Source: Podarcis liolepis
Taxonomy: Eukaryota
Assembly: GCA_965112155.1 (NCBI GenBank)
Contig: OZ218103.1
Strand: one strand, 5' to 3'
DNA length: 64,000 bases
The notes below the pieces were generated by a model, which searched no databases, was not told the DNA's origin, and worked only from the letters and a program-made list of their open reading frames with translations. Shown piece after piece: positions 61,990 to 64,000 of this stretch. Within the stretch, counting starts at the first letter, position 1, and each line of letters begins with the position of its first letter. A program made the position numbers and the translations under genes.

Positions 61990-63300
61990 CAATACATGGC
62001 ATGCTCCGGTAAAACGGGCAGCGATCCAATGCACATTCAGCACACCTAGCAGCCCTTAGATCACACGGGGTGTAAGCGCGCATAATAACGCTGCCCGGGT
62101 GGCATATAAAGTTCATGTCCAGGTTCCTGACAGGCTTGGCAACGGCGCGCTGCTCGATCACAAAACTGAAAACGTGCAGCTTCCCAAGCATTTGAACAAA
62201 TCCACACCCCTCGCCCTTCCTGGGTGCTCTCCGCCCGCAAAGGAGACGTGCGTAATTTTAGCGGTTCCACCAGGCTGCTCCTCGTCCCAGGTATGGCGCA
62301 GGAATAACAGCCAACAGTTGCCCGCCTATGGCGCTCCTGAAACCTGCATCCCGCTTAATAAATCCGTTTGTTTGTTTTTTTTGTAAGCGGGTGGGGGGCA
62401 GGATCCCACCCCGTCATGGCAGGCCGGCTTCTTTCCCCAAGAGCCGCTCTGGCCCAGAGGCAAGGCGCTCAAAATGTCGGTGTTCACATGGCCTACGCGC
62501 CCGCCGCCGCGCGCCTCCTTCCCTCCTCTCGCGCCTCCTGGTGCGAATCTGCCGGCGGCGGGCGGTGGTCGTGTGGCCGGTGGTGCGAGGGCAGAAGACG
62601 GGGCCCACCCGCGACTCGTGTCCAGAAGCCGAGCGGCCGAAGGGGAGGAGAAGAGGCAGCCTCTGGACCGTTACTTTCCCCCCGTCCCTCCCCTTGACGG
62701 TTTCTTTTCCCCTGCTCTTCCTGTCCAAACATTTTTAAATTTCCGCGCCTTCGCCGATTTTATTTATTGGGTTTCCTCCGCGGGCTTTGCCGGCCTTTCC
62801 TCCGCGGGCTTCGCCCTTCTGGTGTGTGCGGGACTTTCCCCTCCGCCCCTTGCCCGGCGTGAGGGAGCTGCAGCCCCTTCTTCGAGGCAGGAGAGACCCC
62901 CGAGGGAGAGAGGCCGCGCGCCGCGCCTCGCCTCTGGCCTGGCCCACCTGGCTGCGAGGAGCTCCCAGGTCGCCTCTGCAACCTGCTGCCACGCAGGATA
63001 GGGCGAGAGGTTGTTATTCCCCTCCCGCCCTCGCTCCGCGCCAAGCCAAGCCAAAGACGCCGGAAACTCTGAAGAAGAAACTCCATCCCTCCGCCGTTTT
63101 CCTTCAGTGCCGTGGAGGAGGCATTTGCGCACTTCTGGGAAGCGGGAGTTGCTCCTCTTCCTCCTGGGAAAGCCAAAGCCAACTATGAGAGATGCCAGGC
63201 AGCGGCGGCGGCGGCAGCCTCTCCTTGCTCGAGGCTGGTTCATCCCGTGGAGAGAGAAAGGAACCAGCGTTGTCTTCAGGTTTGCGGCAAGTGAGGTATT
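61990..63300. promoter_or_regulatory. Orphan CpG island downstream of CDKN2C
   Basis: About 1.3 kb of CpG-rich sequence with no recognisable coding sequence. Confidence 0.75.
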
Positions 63301-64000
63301 CTTCTGATTTTGGTTATTTTAAAGTTACTCTGGCTTTACAGATAATAATAATAATAATAATAAAATTGACCTACAAACGTTAATATTGATTTGACATGTG
63401 AAATATGATGTCATCAAACCATAATATTACATGCCTATGAAACAGCAGCCATCCCTGGAAGTCAGGTTAACTTGCTTATGTCAAATTCTGCGCCCAGCAT
63501 TAGTGCCAAGTTAATAAACAGCGGGGAACCCTCTCAGTTCAAATGCCAGATGAAATATGCTCGCTTGTCATTGTCACTATCCCGAGAAGACGATGCCCAA
63601 GTGATAAGAGCCAAATGGGGTGCTGAAAGGAATGGAGGGTGGTTAAAAATCTGTGGGATCTCATGCCAGGCCATTTTTAGAAAGCAACCACAAATAAGAT
63701 TCCAAGGCTTTTGCACCTTTGAATTACCTGGATGTAGCCAATGCAGTTTTAGGTTTTGACTGTCAAATATCACTCTAAGCAAGCTTTCATTGTTGCATCA
63801 CCTTTTAAAGTGAGAAACAGTGTTAAGAAGCAGGTCATTATTAAACATGCACATTTCCATACCCCTTAATGGCTTTGGGACTTGAGCTTCCCCCCAAAAA
63901 ATCTAAAAAAAAACAGATTAATACCAGAGGGTAGTGCCTATTCTTTTTAAGGCACCAACTGACATAATGTTACATCTGGGGGAAATATTCAAAGCACGGA

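Noticed and set aside
62328-63307. Protein-coding gene in the downstream CpG island
   Set aside because: Overlapping Arg/Pro/Ala-rich ORFs in many frames are expected from GC content, and none has a recognisable domain.
1-64000. Most ORF-track entries (60-200 aa)
   Set aside because: This is intron-rich vertebrate DNA; these are chance ORFs, often with non-ATG starts, or TE and CpG-island shadows with no recognisable homology.

Overview
This is eukaryotic DNA from a squamate, most likely a lacertid lizard, judged from Sauria/Squam-type SINEs. It holds the head-to-head FAF1-CDKN2C locus. On the minus strand are FAF1 coding exons 1-6 (ATG at 35414), all with GT-AG boundaries and consistent phases; the gene continues off the left edge. 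On the plus strand is the complete two-exon CDS of CDKN2C/p18INK4c (53451-53579 + 58122-58490, 165 aa). There are four CpG islands (about 35.4-36.3, 51.3-53.3, 57.3-58.6 and 62.0-63.3 kb) and a 154-N gap in the CDKN2C 5' region. Transposons are dense and often nested: SINEs, hAT and Tc1/mariner MITEs with target-site duplications (TSDs), a solo LTR, and L2, CR1 and RTE LINE remnants. The most interesting hypothesis is an ARF-like arrangement. CDKN2C exon 2 is extremely GC3-rich and is open end to end in the alternative frame that p14ARF uses in the paralogue CDKN2A. An ATG-initiated ORF in the FAF1 promoter island ends at a GTAAGT donor of the right phase to join that frame. This is unproven: codon bias alone can explain the open frame. 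TE family names and comparisons to human come from recognition and memory, not from database searches.
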